From an uncultured Bacilli bacterium (GTDB taxonomy: Bacteria > Bacillota_I > Bacilli_A > ML615J-28 > CAG-313): DNA of 64,000 nucleotides. The DNA is taken from positions 3,564 through 67,563 of the forward strand of contig CAKPAZ010000004.1 in the NCBI GenBank assembly GCA_934133195.1, in the 5' to 3' direction. The notes under the pieces were generated by a model that was not told the origin of the DNA, ran no database searches, and was given only the letters and a program-made list of their open reading frames with translations. Every line of letters begins with the position of its first letter. The first letter of the stretch is position 1. The position numbers and the translations under genes are program-made. Of the stretch, positions 48,654 to 59,408 are shown in pieces.

Positions 48654-49727
48654 ATGTTGAATATTGTCAAAAATTTTAAGATTGAAGGTACTCTAAAAGA
48701 TGTAAAACCTTATAAAAATGGATTAGTTAATAAGACATATTTAGTTACAACCTCAACTAAAAAATACTTATTACAAAGAATTAATAAGTATGTCTTTAAG
48801 AATCCTCGGGTTGTGATGGATAATATTGTGAATGTAACCAAAAAGTTAAAATCTCTTAATAAAAGAACCCTTAATATTATTATGACCATTGATGATGATG
48901 AGCTTTACTTTGATTCCTCAAGTAATGAGTATTTCCGGATGTATGATTTTTTAGATGATTTAGAGACCATTGAATTAACTTTCCAGGATAGTTTATTTTT
49001 TGAAGTAGGTAAGGTTATAGGTGATTTTCAAGTCTCTTTTACTTCGTTTAATCCAAGTTTACTAAAAGAAACCATTCCCAACTTCCATAATACCCCTTAT
49101 CGTTTAAGGCATCTTGAAGAAGTAATAGAAGGAAGAGAAAAGAATGAACAAAGATATGAGAAATGTCAGTCAATATGTAGTTATTTACTAAAGAATAAAG
49201 AAAGAATAAGTCGTATTCAATATGCTTTAGATATAGGAAAAATTCCTTTAAGAATAACTCACAATGATACGAAATTAAACAACGTAATGTTTGAAAAACT
49301 TACACACAAAGGTTCATGTCTGATTGATCTTGATACGGTTATGCCGGGGACGATGATTTTTGATTTTAGTGACGCAGTAAGAACATCATGTTCAACCACT
49401 AAAGAAGATGATCCCCATATTGATTTAGTTGATTTAGATGATCAAAAGTTTACCTATTTACTTATTGGTTATCTTTCAAAAGTTAAAGATATTATCACAA
49501 AAGAGGAACTTGAACTTTTAACGGAGGGAATCGGGACCATCATCTTTGAGTGTGCGGTAAGGTTTATTACCGATTATTTAGAAAACGATGTATACTTTAA
49601 AACTGATTATCCGGAAAATAATTTAGTTAGAGCCTATAATCAATGTAAACTATATAATGTTTTCTTAAAAAAAGAAAAAAAGTATCAACAAATTGTTAAA
49701 GAAGTCTATAATCGTTTAACTTTTTAA
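48654..49727 (+). CDS. Phosphotransferase-family kinase (APH/ChoK/CotS-like fold)
   Basis: Brenner motif HNDTKLNNVMF and DFG-like IFDFSD. Confidence 0.6.
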   Translation: MLNIVKNFKIEGTLKDVKPYKNGLVNKTYLVTTSTKKYLLQRINKYVFKNPRVVMDNIVNVTKKLKSLNKRTLNIIMTIDDDELYFDSSSNEYFRMYDFLDDLETIELTFQDSLFFEVGKVIGDFQVSFTSFNPSLLKETIPNFHNTPYRLRHLEEVIEGREKNEQRYEKCQSICSYLLKNKERISRIQYALDIGKIPLRITHNDTKLNNVMFEKLTHKGSCLIDLDTVMPGTMIFDFSDAVRTSCSTTKEDDPHIDLVDLDDQKFTYLLIGYLSKVKDIITKEELELLTEGIGTIIFECAVRFITDYLENDVYFKTDYPENNLVRAYNQCKLYNVFLKKEKKYQQIVKEVYNRLTF

Positions 49728-49817
49728 GGCTATTAAACAAATAAAAAAGACACTTGGTTGAAAAAAAAACAAAAGTATGGTAAAATAAGCATAAGAAAAT
49801 TATTATGAGGTGAGAAC

Positions 49818-51311
49818 ATGAAAAAATGGATATCCTTAATGATGGCTTCCTTATGCTTTTTACTTTTAACAGCTTGTGTGACAACTGATAATCCGAAACC
49901 AGCTGGAAAAAGACCAACGGAAGATTTTATAATAACTGATTACTTAAAAGATAATGTAGTCTTAGAAGAAAAAGATACTTGTGTAATTTCTGGTACTTCT
50001 CAAGATGGTGTTATCATTAAATTTGAATTATTAAATAAGAGTGGTAAGTCAGTACTTAAAAAACAAACAACCACTGATTCCACTACTTTAAAATGGTCAA
50101 TTTCCTTTACTGCTCCAAAAGGTAGTTATGACTCTTATAAAATAAAGCTAAGTGATTCATATAATACTTACACACATACTTTTGTGAATGTACGCTTTGG
50201 TCATGTATACCTTTTAATGGGTGATAGTATTAATGATGAAACAATAAATGACCAAACTAATTTAGAAGAAGATGATTTTAGTGACCTTTCTTTTTTCTAT
50301 GTTGATGAAAAGAATCCTCACTTTTTAGATTTACCAAGTGAAATTGATTTATTAGATAAGTTTACCCTTGATTTTGGTACATCAATAAAGAAGGCTGACA
50401 ATATGCCAATTGGTATTGTCGTTTTACCATTTTACAAGACTAAACTATATGAATGGTTACCACTTGAAAAGGTTAATACCATCAGTCCGATTAAATCATA
50501 TCTTGAATCAAAACATGAATATGTTGAAAATCCAACTAAACTTGGTGATATGAGTTATCTTGATATGATATTAAAGGCTCACCTTGAAAATTTAAGTATT
50601 AGCAGTATGATTTTAAACCTTGGAATGAATGATTTAGACGACTTAAATGAAGTTAAATCAGCAAATGTATACTTCCAAATGTTTTATACTTTAATTGATA
50701 GTTTACATGATAACTTTGGTGATTTTGATTTAATGCTTCTTCAAGCACCATCAAAAGAAGTGATGAATGTCGAAAAACTACGTCATATCCAATCATCGAT
50801 TGCTAACTACTATAGTTTTGTTGACATTGTTCCAACTTATGACTTAAAAGTTAGTGAAAATGGTAGTCTTGATGAATTAAAGCTTGTAACCAGATTAAAA
50901 GATTTAATCAAGAAAAACAAGTATGTATCAAATTATAATAACATCATTTTAGAAGTAGATGAAGAACTAGAAGTTGTAACTTCAATTAAAATTGAATTTT
51001 CTAATACTGATAAACTACTAGTTGAATTACTATCAGAAGAAACAGTTATTAACTATTTCCATGTTTACTATAATGATGATGAGGAAGTAAAAGAACTAAA
51101 TATTACTCCAAAAATCGAGAAAAACTACATCATTATTGATTTAACCTACGAAGAAGAAGAAATAAATAATGGCGAAACAATTACCATTAAAAAAGTATAT
51201 GACAAATCAAAGATTAACATCGTTTATGGATGGCTTAATGATTTATCAGATGTTAACTTATTTAATGATGATGGTATTCCTGTCCTTCCATTTAATATAA
51301 AAATTGACTAA
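49818..51311 (+). CDS. Hypothetical lipoprotein
   Basis: Signal peptide with lipobox LLTAC. No catalytic motif. Confidence 0.5.
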   Translation: MKKWISLMMASLCFLLLTACVTTDNPKPAGKRPTEDFIITDYLKDNVVLEEKDTCVISGTSQDGVIIKFELLNKSGKSVLKKQTTTDSTTLKWSISFTAPKGSYDSYKIKLSDSYNTYTHTFVNVRFGHVYLLMGDSINDETINDQTNLEEDDFSDLSFFYVDEKNPHFLDLPSEIDLLDKFTLDFGTSIKKADNMPIGIVVLPFYKTKLYEWLPLEKVNTISPIKSYLESKHEYVENPTKLGDMSYLDMILKAHLENLSISSMILNLGMNDLDDLNEVKSANVYFQMFYTLIDSLHDNFGDFDLMLLQAPSKEVMNVEKLRHIQSSIANYYSFVDIVPTYDLKVSENGSLDELKLVTRLKDLIKKNKYVSNYNNIILEVDEELEVVTSIKIEFSNTDKLLVELLSEETVINYFHVYYNDDEEVKELNITPKIEKNYIIIDLTYEEEEINNGETITIKKVYDKSKINIVYGWLNDLSDVNLFNDDGIPVLPFNIKID

Positions 51312-51324
51312 TAAAGAGGTTTGT

Positions 51325-51771
51325 ATGAAAAGACATAACGCAAGAATCTTATCAGTTATGGTTGTCTTTAATCTAGATATGAATAAAGCATTTACTGAAG
51401 TTGTAAGTGATGAATTATTAGAAGAAACCATAAATGATGTAAATAACCTAATCTTAGATGATGAATATAAAGTTGAAATTGATGAGGCCTACAGCCGTAA
51501 GATCTTAGACTTTGTGATTAAAAACTATCAATTAATTATTGACACGATTTCTAGCTCTTTAGTAGGATGGACTATTGACCGTCTATCTTATGTTGACCGT
51601 GCTATTATGATTTGTGCTTGTGCAGAACTTATGTTAAAAGATGCTCCAAAAGAAGTAATTATTAACGAATACTTAGAAATAACTAAAGAATATTCAAGTG
51701 TAGAAGATACTAAACAAGTAAAATTCAATAATCGTGTTTTAGATAGCTTAGGTAAAAAAATATATGAATAA
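51325..51771 (+). CDS. nusB: Transcription antitermination factor NusB
   Basis: ATG 51325 with RBS aagagg. MKRHNARIL...DRLSYVDRAIMICACAELM. Confidence 0.8.
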   Translation: MKRHNARILSVMVVFNLDMNKAFTEVVSDELLEETINDVNNLILDDEYKVEIDEAYSRKILDFVIKNYQLIIDTISSSLVGWTIDRLSYVDRAIMICACAELMLKDAPKEVIINEYLEITKEYSSVEDTKQVKFNNRVLDSLGKKIYE

Positions 51772-53122
51772 TAATAACGAAAAAAAATACATTTCCGTTA
51801 CCGCCTTAAATAGATATATTTCTTATAAATTTGATATGGACACTAATTTAAAAGAAATCTATCTAAAAGGTGAACTTTCAAATTTTAAGTATTCTGGAAA
51901 GCATTGTTATTTTTCGTTAAAAGATCAAACATCCGAAATTCAAGGGATGTTTTTCTATCCGTCTAACCTCTCTTTAAAGTTTAAACCTCAAGATGGAATG
52001 AGTGTTCTTGTTACAGGTTATGTCCAAGTGTACCAAAAGAAGGGTACCTACGCCATCATCGTAAGTAAGATGGAACAAGAAGGACTTGGTCTAATTTATC
52101 AACAATTCTTAGAACTAAAAGATAAACTTTCTAAAGAAGGTTTGTTTGATGAATCAAGAAAACTACCCATTCCGGAATACCCAGAAAGAGTAGCGATTGT
52201 TACGGCTTTAACAGGAGAAGCTATTAATGATATTGTTTCAACCTTTAATAGACGTTTTCCACTTGCGAGATTAAAACTATATCCAGCTCTTGTTCAAGGG
52301 CTTGATGCTCCAAGAGACTTAATTAGAGCAGTAAATGAAGTTTTTAACGATAACTGGGCTGAAGTCTTAATCATTGGTCGTGGTGGTGGAAGCTATGAAG
52401 ACTTATCATGCTTTAATGATGAGGCTCTCGCAAGACTCCTTGCTTCTAGTAAGATTCCGGTTGTTTCGGCAGTAGGTCATGAGGGTGACTTTACCATCTG
52501 TGATTTTGTGGCTTCATACCGTGCCCCTACCCCTACAGGTGCCGCAATGCGACTAACGAAAGAAAAAAGTGAAGTTATTAAAGGCTTAATGGATAAGGTC
52601 GCAAGACTAAATCATGGAATTAAAGCCGTTTTAAGTAACAAATATTACTTATACGATAATTTAACAAAATCTTATCCCCTCCTTCATTTTGATGAATTTT
52701 TAAATCATCAGTTCCTTAATCCTTTAACCGTAACTACCGAAAAACTTAAAGGTTTAAATCCGGAATTTGTGATTGATACCAATATTCAAAAACTAAAGGA
52801 ACTAGATAAAAGATTATATCTTGGCATGAACAATGATATAAAACATAAGATGGAAGGCTATAATACCCTTAAATCACGTCTCGTTCCTAGTCTTGTTTTA
52901 AATAAAATTGAACTTTATAACTCAGAATTAATCAAATTGATGGAAAAGAATGTTTTGTTAAATCCTTTCAACGTGATGTTAAAAGGTTATACAATTGCTT
53001 ACCAAGATGACAAAATTATCAAGTCTGTCACTAATGTAGAAATGGAAAAACCATTAATGGTTAAATTTCATGATGGTTACGTTATGACAAATATTTATGA
53101 TAAAAAGATAACAAAGGAGTAA
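51764..53122 (+). CDS. xseA: Exodeoxyribonuclease VII large subunit
   Basis: OB-fold N-terminus plus a catalytic core (GRGGGSYEDL). Followed by xseB. Confidence 0.9.
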   Translation: MNNNNEKKYISVTALNRYISYKFDMDTNLKEIYLKGELSNFKYSGKHCYFSLKDQTSEIQGMFFYPSNLSLKFKPQDGMSVLVTGYVQVYQKKGTYAIIVSKMEQEGLGLIYQQFLELKDKLSKEGLFDESRKLPIPEYPERVAIVTALTGEAINDIVSTFNRRFPLARLKLYPALVQGLDAPRDLIRAVNEVFNDNWAEVLIIGRGGGSYEDLSCFNDEALARLLASSKIPVVSAVGHEGDFTICDFVASYRAPTPTGAAMRLTKEKSEVIKGLMDKVARLNHGIKAVLSNKYYLYDNLTKSYPLLHFDEFLNHQFLNPLTVTTEKLKGLNPEFVIDTNIQKLKELDKRLYLGMNNDIKHKMEGYNTLKSRLVPSLVLNKIELYNSELIKLMEKNVLLNPFNVMLKGYTIAYQDDKIIKSVTNVEMEKPLMVKFHDGYVMTNIYDKKITKE

Positions 53123-53124
53123 AA

Positions 53125-53328
53125 ATGGAAAATAAATCATTTGAAGAATTATTAAAAGAATTACAAGATGTTGTGGCTTTACTTGAAAGTGGAAAACTAA
53201 GTCTTGAAGATTCCGTTTCTACCTATCAAAAAGGAATGGAACTAAGCCTTGAATGTAAAAAAAGACTAGAAGAAGCTAAAAAAGTCATTGTAACTAAAGT
53301 TACAAACCAAACGGAAGAAGAAATTTAA
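53125..53328 (+). CDS. xseB: Exodeoxyribonuclease VII small subunit
   Basis: 67 aa. FEELLKELQDVVALLESGKLSLEDSVSTYQKGMEL. Confidence 0.85.
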   Translation: MENKSFEELLKELQDVVALLESGKLSLEDSVSTYQKGMELSLECKKRLEEAKKVIVTKVTNQTEEEI

Positions 53329-53374
53329 CTAAAAACTAAAAGTAATGCGTATAATTAAATAAAGGAGGTGAACT

Positions 53375-55171
53375 ATGCCACATTCAATTGAAAATCTAAA
53401 GAAAATGAATCTCAAAGACCTTGAGAATGAATGTCAAGCTATCAGAGATGATTTAATTGAAAATATCCAAGAAACTGGCGGTCACCTTGCTTCCAACCTT
53501 GGGATGGTGGAGCTTACGGTTGCTCTTCATTATGTCTTTGACAGTCCTAAGGATGTCATCTTTTTTGATGTCTCTCATCAATGTTATACTCATAAGATGT
53601 TGACATCAAGAGCGGATGAATTTAAGCATTTACGAAAATATCAAGGCTTAAGTGGATTTTCATCTCCAAGTGAGAGTATCCATGATCCATATGAGGCAGG
53701 ACATAGTTCAACTAGTATCTCTTATGCCTTAGGATTTTTAGAAGCCAAAGAAAAAGATCCTAACCTTTATGGTAATATTATCAGTGTAATCGGTGATGCT
53801 TCGATTGTTAATGGCTTAGCGATGGAAGCTCTAAATTACCTAGGATCAAAACCAAACCAAAAGATGATTATTATCTTAAATGATAATGAAATGGGAATCT
53901 CTAAAAATACTGGTGGACTCGCTAGAACCTTTAATAACATAAGAGCGAAAGGACGCTTTAAAATCCTAAGAAAGATTACTCCTCGCTTTATTAAAAATGC
54001 ATTAAAGAGTGTTGCTTATAAAAACAATATCTTTACGGGATTTGGTCTTAAATACTTAGGAATTATTGATGGCCATAACTTAAAAGATTTAATAAAATAC
54101 TTAGAGTATGCGAAAAAAAGCCCAACCTCGATTGTTCTTCATGTTAAAACCACTAAAGGTAAAGGTTTTAAGTTCGCAGAAGAAGATAAAACCGGAATTT
54201 GGCATTCCGTACCACCCTTTAATCCGGTAACTGGTGATTTTTTAGAAGAACCAAAAGAAGAATATAATTTTGGTATTTCGTTAAGCAAAAAGTTAATTGA
54301 AAAAATAAAAAATGATGATACGATCAAAGTCATAACTCCAGGAATGGCCTATGGAAGTGGAATTGATGAAATCTTAAGTTTATACCCAAAGAATTTTATC
54401 GATGTCGGGATTGCTGAAGAAAATGCGATTACTCTTGCGGCATCCCTTGCGACTAATAACTTAAAACCTGTCGTTTTTCTTTATTCAACTTTCTTAAGTA
54501 GAGCATATGATGAACTACTTATCGATGTCGCAAGACTAAAGAAGCATGTCGTAATCTGTTTAGACCGTAGTGGCATTGTCAGTGGTGATGGTCCTACACA
54601 TCAAGGAATCTTTGATGTTGCATATCTTTCTAGTATTCCTTATTTATCAATTATGGCTCCAAGAAATACTATGGAGGCCACTAAACTACTAGAGTTTGCT
54701 TTAGAAAGTGAAGGAACTTTTGTTATCCGCTATCCTAAAGATGCTGTTACAACAGAGTCATCATTGGAAGTTGAAAAGGGAAAATGGGAAATTTTAAAGA
54801 ATAGTAATAACCAAAAATACATTATTTCCTATGGCCCTAATCTTGATTTACTAGGAGAAAAACTTAAAAATAGTGATATTGGTTTAATTAATGCATGTTT
54901 TATTAAACCATTTGATCAAGAGTTAATCTTAAAACTTGTAAAAGGAGAAAACACCTTATACTTTTATGAAGAAGTCATAGCGAATAACTCTTTAGGTAGT
55001 CAAGTTTTAACCTTCTTAAATAATGCTTATATAAATAAGGAAATACCAATGTATAAACTACATATTAAGACTTTACCTAATTCATACTTAGAAATTGGCT
55101 CTAAGAATGAACTTGTTAAAGCTTATAACTTAGAAATAGATGAATTTATCAAAAAAGTAGAGGAGGATTAA
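53375..55171 (+). CDS. dxs: 1-deoxy-D-xylulose-5-phosphate synthase
   Basis: GGHLASNLGMVELTVALHYVF and the TPP-binding GDASIVNGLAMEALN. Confidence 0.85.
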   Translation: MPHSIENLKKMNLKDLENECQAIRDDLIENIQETGGHLASNLGMVELTVALHYVFDSPKDVIFFDVSHQCYTHKMLTSRADEFKHLRKYQGLSGFSSPSESIHDPYEAGHSSTSISYALGFLEAKEKDPNLYGNIISVIGDASIVNGLAMEALNYLGSKPNQKMIIILNDNEMGISKNTGGLARTFNNIRAKGRFKILRKITPRFIKNALKSVAYKNNIFTGFGLKYLGIIDGHNLKDLIKYLEYAKKSPTSIVLHVKTTKGKGFKFAEEDKTGIWHSVPPFNPVTGDFLEEPKEEYNFGISLSKKLIEKIKNDDTIKVITPGMAYGSGIDEILSLYPKNFIDVGIAEENAITLAASLATNNLKPVVFLYSTFLSRAYDELLIDVARLKKHVVICLDRSGIVSGDGPTHQGIFDVAYLSSIPYLSIMAPRNTMEATKLLEFALESEGTFVIRYPKDAVTTESSLEVEKGKWEILKNSNNQKYIISYGPNLDLLGEKLKNSDIGLINACFIKPFDQELILKLVKGENTLYFYEEVIANNSLGSQVLTFLNNAYINKEIPMYKLHIKTLPNSYLEIGSKNELVKAYNLEIDEFIKKVEED

Positions 55172-55172
55172 G

Positions 55173-56867
55173 ATGATCTCCGAATTAAAAGTACAAAATT
55201 TTGCGATTATAGATAACTTAAATGTGGAATTTAAAAAAGGCTTTACTGCTTTAACCGGTGAAACGGGAGCTGGAAAATCCTTAATCATTGATGCCATTGG
55301 TCTTTTACTTGGTAACCGATCCCAAACATCGATGATTAGAAATGGGGAAACCAAAGCCGTTGTTGAAGGAGTCTTTGAAGAAGTAAGTGACTATACTAAA
55401 CAAGTATTAGATGAACTTCAAATTGAATTACTCGATGGTGATGTTGTTGTTATCAAAAGAGAACTATCTCAAAGTGGTAAGAACCTAATCAGGGTAAATG
55501 GAGAAATCATAACTTTAAACCAACTTGAGCTTCTCGCAAGTACTCTTGGTGATATCCATACCCAAAATGAAACTCATAAGTTATTTAATCCCCATAATTA
55601 TTTAACTTTCATTAATAATGAAAAAATTACAACTATTTTAGCTGATTACCAAGAACTAAGGGGTAAATATTTAGAAGCTTTAAAGGCATACAATGAGATA
55701 ATTAACTTATCAAAGACTGATGCGACTAACCTTGAGTATTGGGAATTCCAGTACAAGGAATTAGAAAAAGCCTCATTAAGTGTTAATGAGGAAAATGCTT
55801 TAGAAGAAGAACTTAGTTTTTTAAATAATTATGAAAATATTTTCAAATATTTAACACAAATAAATGATGACTTTCAAGAGAATAATATCTTAGAAAACTT
55901 ATATGACACCATTTTTAATGTTCAAAAATTAGGTGAACTTCAACCTGAATTTAAAAATGATAGTGAGATGTTAAATGATGCTTATTATTCCCTTGAAGAT
56001 TTCTTTAAAAAAGTTAAAACCAAAATTCAAAATCTTGATTATGATGAAAATCGCTTAAATGAAATCAATGAAAGATTAAGTTTCTTAAATACTTTAAAAC
56101 ATAAGTATCATAAATCAATTGGCGAACTTATCAATTATAAGAATGAACTAAAACAAAAAATCGATAGTTTTGAACAAATTGATGATGCGATAAATGATGC
56201 TAAAAGTAAAGTCATTAAATGTTTTGAAGAATTAAAAGCCTGTGGAATCAAACTAACGAAAGAACGAAAAGCTTCCGCGAAAATTCTTGAAAAGAATGTC
56301 CTTCAAACCTTACTTGACTTAATGCTTCCAAAAGTAGATTTAGAAATGGAATTTAACAAATATGATTTACTTGATCCATTTAATCCAATTATCTTCAAAA
56401 ATGATGGCTTAGATGATGTTGATATTAAGATATCCTTTAATGTCGGTGAACCTAAGAAGTCGTTATCGAAGGTTGCATCAGGTGGTGAAATGTCAAGAAT
56501 CATGCTTGCTTTAAAAGTTCATACCCTTAAGACTTTAAAACTATCAACAGTTATTTTTGATGAAATTGATAGTGGTGTATCGGGAAGTGTCGCTGGTAAA
56601 GTTGGGGAAAAACTAAAAGAAATTAGTAAAGACATTCAAGTCTTAACAATCACGCATTTACCAATTGTGGCATCAATGGCGGATAATCAATATAATATCT
56701 ATAAAGTATTTAGTGAGAATTCAACATCAACTAAGATTGAATTATTAGATGTTGAAAATCGTGTCAAAATGCTTGCGGGAATGATTACACCAGGAAATAA
56801 TAATGAAAAAGCGATTGATCTTGCAAAAGCAATGTTAAAATCAAATAATCCAAATATTGAAATATAA
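55173..56867 (+). CDS. recN: DNA repair protein RecN
   Basis: MISELKVQNFAIID, Walker A GETGAGKS, an SMC-like coiled coil, and a C-terminal signature with Walker B. Confidence 0.9.
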   Translation: MISELKVQNFAIIDNLNVEFKKGFTALTGETGAGKSLIIDAIGLLLGNRSQTSMIRNGETKAVVEGVFEEVSDYTKQVLDELQIELLDGDVVVIKRELSQSGKNLIRVNGEIITLNQLELLASTLGDIHTQNETHKLFNPHNYLTFINNEKITTILADYQELRGKYLEALKAYNEIINLSKTDATNLEYWEFQYKELEKASLSVNEENALEEELSFLNNYENIFKYLTQINDDFQENNILENLYDTIFNVQKLGELQPEFKNDSEMLNDAYYSLEDFFKKVKTKIQNLDYDENRLNEINERLSFLNTLKHKYHKSIGELINYKNELKQKIDSFEQIDDAINDAKSKVIKCFEELKACGIKLTKERKASAKILEKNVLQTLLDLMLPKVDLEMEFNKYDLLDPFNPIIFKNDGLDDVDIKISFNVGEPKKSLSKVASGGEMSRIMLALKVHTLKTLKLSTVIFDEIDSGVSGSVAGKVGEKLKEISKDIQVLTITHLPIVASMADNQYNIYKVFSENSTSTKIELLDVENRVKMLAGMITPGNNNEKAIDLAKAMLKSNNPNIEI

Positions 56868-56953
56868 ACAAAAAAGTGGTAGATAAATTGACATTTATCT
56901 ACGCTTTTTATTTTGTTTTTTCTGCAAATAATATAATGAAAGGAGGTGTAATT

Positions 56954-57967
56954 TTGAAAAAAATATCAAAAATATTAATATTTTTAATCCTATTTAGTAC
57001 CATCTTTCTATCATTATCCATTAATCCAAAGGCAACAAGCGACAAAAGTAAAAAAGTTTTACTTGGTGGTGACACCATTGGTTTAAAACTTAATACAGGA
57101 GTTTATGTAGTTGGCAAATATCTGGTTTCTACATCCGTTCGTAAAGAAAGTCCATGGCGAAACAGTGATATTGAAGAAGGCGATAAAATCATAGCTTATG
57201 ATGGCCAATTAATTAATACCAATAAAGACTTACAAACAATGTTAAAAAATGAAACCAAAGATGAAATAACCTTAAAGTTAGAACGTGATAAAAAAGAGAT
57301 AAACACTAAAATTAATGTTGTGACCACCAAAACAAACGATAAATCCTTAGGATTATATATTAAAGATAAGCTAATTGGGATTGGTACACTTACATTCATT
57401 GATACCGAAAAAAATGCTTTCGCAACCCTCGGTCATGGAATTTACGATGAATATGTAAAAATGGGAAAAGTAAATGGAACCTTAAGTCATTCGGTTATTA
57501 ATAGCATTAAAAAATCAACTGTCGGGGTAGCTGGGGAAAAAAGAGCATCCCTTGTTGATGATAATTTAGGAATCATTGCTCAAAACAAAAGTAGTGGTGT
57601 TTATGGAAAACTAACTACTAGAAGCTTCACCAATAAAAGATCAATCTCTACCGCGACCCAACAAGAAGTAAAAATTGGACCAGCTGAGATTTATACGGTT
57701 GTAAGTGGAAACAAAATTGAAAAATTTAGTATCAACATTACCGAAATCCACCTACAAAACTCAAGTAATGTCAAAGGCTTAAAATATGAAATCACCGACT
57801 CAAAGCTTCTTGACAAAACCGGAGGGATTGTTCAAGGTATGAGTGGAAGCCCAATCGTTCAAAATGATAAGTTAGTTGGAGCAGTATCTCATGTTATTAT
57901 TGATAATCCTAAATGTGGTTATGGGGTTCATATTGAATGGATGATTAATGATATTAATACCTTATAA
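56954..57967 (+). CDS. spoIVB: Stage IV sporulation protein B (SpoIVB peptidase, S55)
   Basis: Probable TTG start 56954, 6 nt after aaaggaggtg. The ORF track begins at 56876. Signal anchor, PDZ domain, and catalytic GMSGSPI. Confidence 0.75.
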   Translation: MKKISKILIFLILFSTIFLSLSINPKATSDKSKKVLLGGDTIGLKLNTGVYVVGKYLVSTSVRKESPWRNSDIEEGDKIIAYDGQLINTNKDLQTMLKNETKDEITLKLERDKKEINTKINVVTTKTNDKSLGLYIKDKLIGIGTLTFIDTEKNAFATLGHGIYDEYVKMGKVNGTLSHSVINSIKKSTVGVAGEKRASLVDDNLGIIAQNKSSGVYGKLTTRSFTNKRSISTATQQEVKIGPAEIYTVVSGNKIEKFSINITEIHLQNSSNVKGLKYEITDSKLLDKTGGIVQGMSGSPIVQNDKLVGAVSHVIIDNPKCGYGVHIEWMINDINTL

Positions 57968-58006
57968 TCTTATTATTATCAATGATTAACATTTTATTCC
58001 TATTAT

Positions 58007-58013
58007 TCGACAA
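58007..58013 (+). promoter_or_regulatory. Candidate Spo0A box (TTCGACA) upstream of spo0A
   Basis: Exact reverse complement of the TGTCGAA 0A-box consensus, about 160 nt before the spo0A start. Confidence 0.35.
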
Positions 58014-58111
58014 ATATGAGAGTAAAAACGTTATTTTTAAGCAATTTCATCAAAAAAACCATCAAAAAGTGTTAAACCCTTCAACATCTTTCCCAATATT
58101 CAGCGTATAAA

Positions 58112-58140
58112 TTGCAAGAGCGAGTATTTTTTGATAAAAT
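58112..58140 (+). promoter_or_regulatory. Sigma-A-type promoter of spo0A
   Basis: TTGCAA, 17 nt, TAAAAT. About 27 nt upstream of ATG 58167. Confidence 0.4.
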
Positions 58141-58166
58141 ATTATTGCGAAGGGGGATATTTATAC

Positions 58167-58967
58167 ATGCGCAAAATTAAATTATTAATTGCTGAAGACT
58201 CTGGTGAAAAGGAGGATGGCTTAGCCAGTTACTTTGAAAAGTCACCTGAGGCGAACGTAGTGGGGATTTGTTCGTCATCAGCAACTTTATTCAATGTCTT
58301 AAAAGTTACCGACATTGATGTCTTGTTAATTGATTTATTTACACAAAATTTTGATGGTCTAAAATTTCTAGAAGAACTAAGAGAAAATCCGGAGGCGTAT
58401 CACCAACCAAGAAGAATTATCGCTGTAACTCAATTTATGAGTGGATTCGTTAATTCTAAGATGAACAGCCTTTCGGTTGATTATGTTGTTTTAAAACCGG
58501 TTAATTATGATAATTTACTTCAAATAATCATTGGGATGTTAGATGATGATGGGGAAAGACGAAGAAAAGATGATAATGAAACCGATGATAATCCAGATTT
58601 AGATAGTGAAATTACCGAAATCTTACATGAAGTTGGAGTTCCAGCTCATATTAAAGGATATCTATATTTAAGAGAAGCCATTATTATGGTTTACAATAAT
58701 GTTGATATTCTAGGTAATATCACAAAAATATTATATCCAGAGATCGCTGAACTTTATTGTACTACCTCATCAAGAGTTGAAAGAGCAATCAGACATGCAA
58801 TTGAAATTGCTTGGGTAAGAGGCAATGTCGATGCTATCAGTGATATCTTTAGTTACACTATTAGCTACAACAAATCAAAACCAACTAATTCGGAATTTAT
58901 TGCGATGATATCTGATAAACTAAGATTACAACATCGTCGTATGAAGAAATTAAAGTATGTAGCTTAA
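58167..58967 (+). CDS. spo0A: Sporulation master regulator Spo0A (response regulator)
   Basis: ATG 58167 after aagggggat. Receiver domain ([11 protein letters not shown]). The Spo0A-specific C-terminus [21 protein letters not shown]. Confidence 0.9.
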   Translation: MRKIKLLIAEDSGEKEDGLASYFEKSPEANVVGICSSSATLFNVLKVTDIDVLLIDLFTQNFDGLKFLEELRENPEAYHQPRRIIAVTQFMSGFVNSKMNSLSVDYVVLKPVNYDNLLQIIIGMLDDDGERRRKDDNETDDNPDLDSEITEILHEVGVPAHIKGYLYLREAIIMVYNNVDILGNITKILYPEIAELYCTTSSRVERAIRHAIEIAWVRGNVDAISDIFSYTISYNKSKPTNSEFIAMISDKLRLQHRRMKKLKYVA

Positions 58968-59030
58968 AACCATGTTCATAGTTTTCTAAAACAAACATTA
59001 ACTTAATTTGAAAGAACATGTTAAAAAAAT

Positions 59031-59057
59031 AAAAAAGGCTAAACAGCCTTTTTTTTG
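59031..59057. terminator. Bidirectional terminator between spo0A and a convergent small gene
   Basis: aaaaaaggct-aaac-agcctttttttt. Confidence 0.6.
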
Positions 59058-59092
59058 CAAAAATATTTAAAAAACGTTATAATATGAAAGTA

Positions 59093-59296
59093 TTATGCAG
59101 CTTCAATTAAAACAGCGATTAAACTTGCTATTACAGCAGCGATCATCGCAAATGCTAATACTGCAATAATAATTTTACCAAATACAGTTTTTGAAGGAGC
59201 TTTTGTAATAACTACTTCAGTCATTCCATCTGCACGTTCATTAAATGTAATTGTTTTTTGTTTCTTCTTTGGTTGATTTTGATTATTTTTAGCCAT
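59093..59296 (-). CDS. Small tail-anchored membrane protein (67 aa)
   Basis: RBS aaggagtagg. Basic N-terminus and a single C-terminal TM helix. Confidence 0.4.
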   Translation of the reverse strand: MAKNNQNQPKKKQKTITFNERADGMTEVVITKAPSKTVFGKIIIAVLAFAMIAAVIASLIAVLIEAA

Positions 59297-59408
59297 ATTC
59301 CTACTCCTTAAGATTATTATTTTATTAACTTGGCTATATTATAACATATTTTTTAAAAAAAAGGGGCGTGTAAGCATTAAAAAAAATAGAATTATTTTCC
59401 ATATTGAT

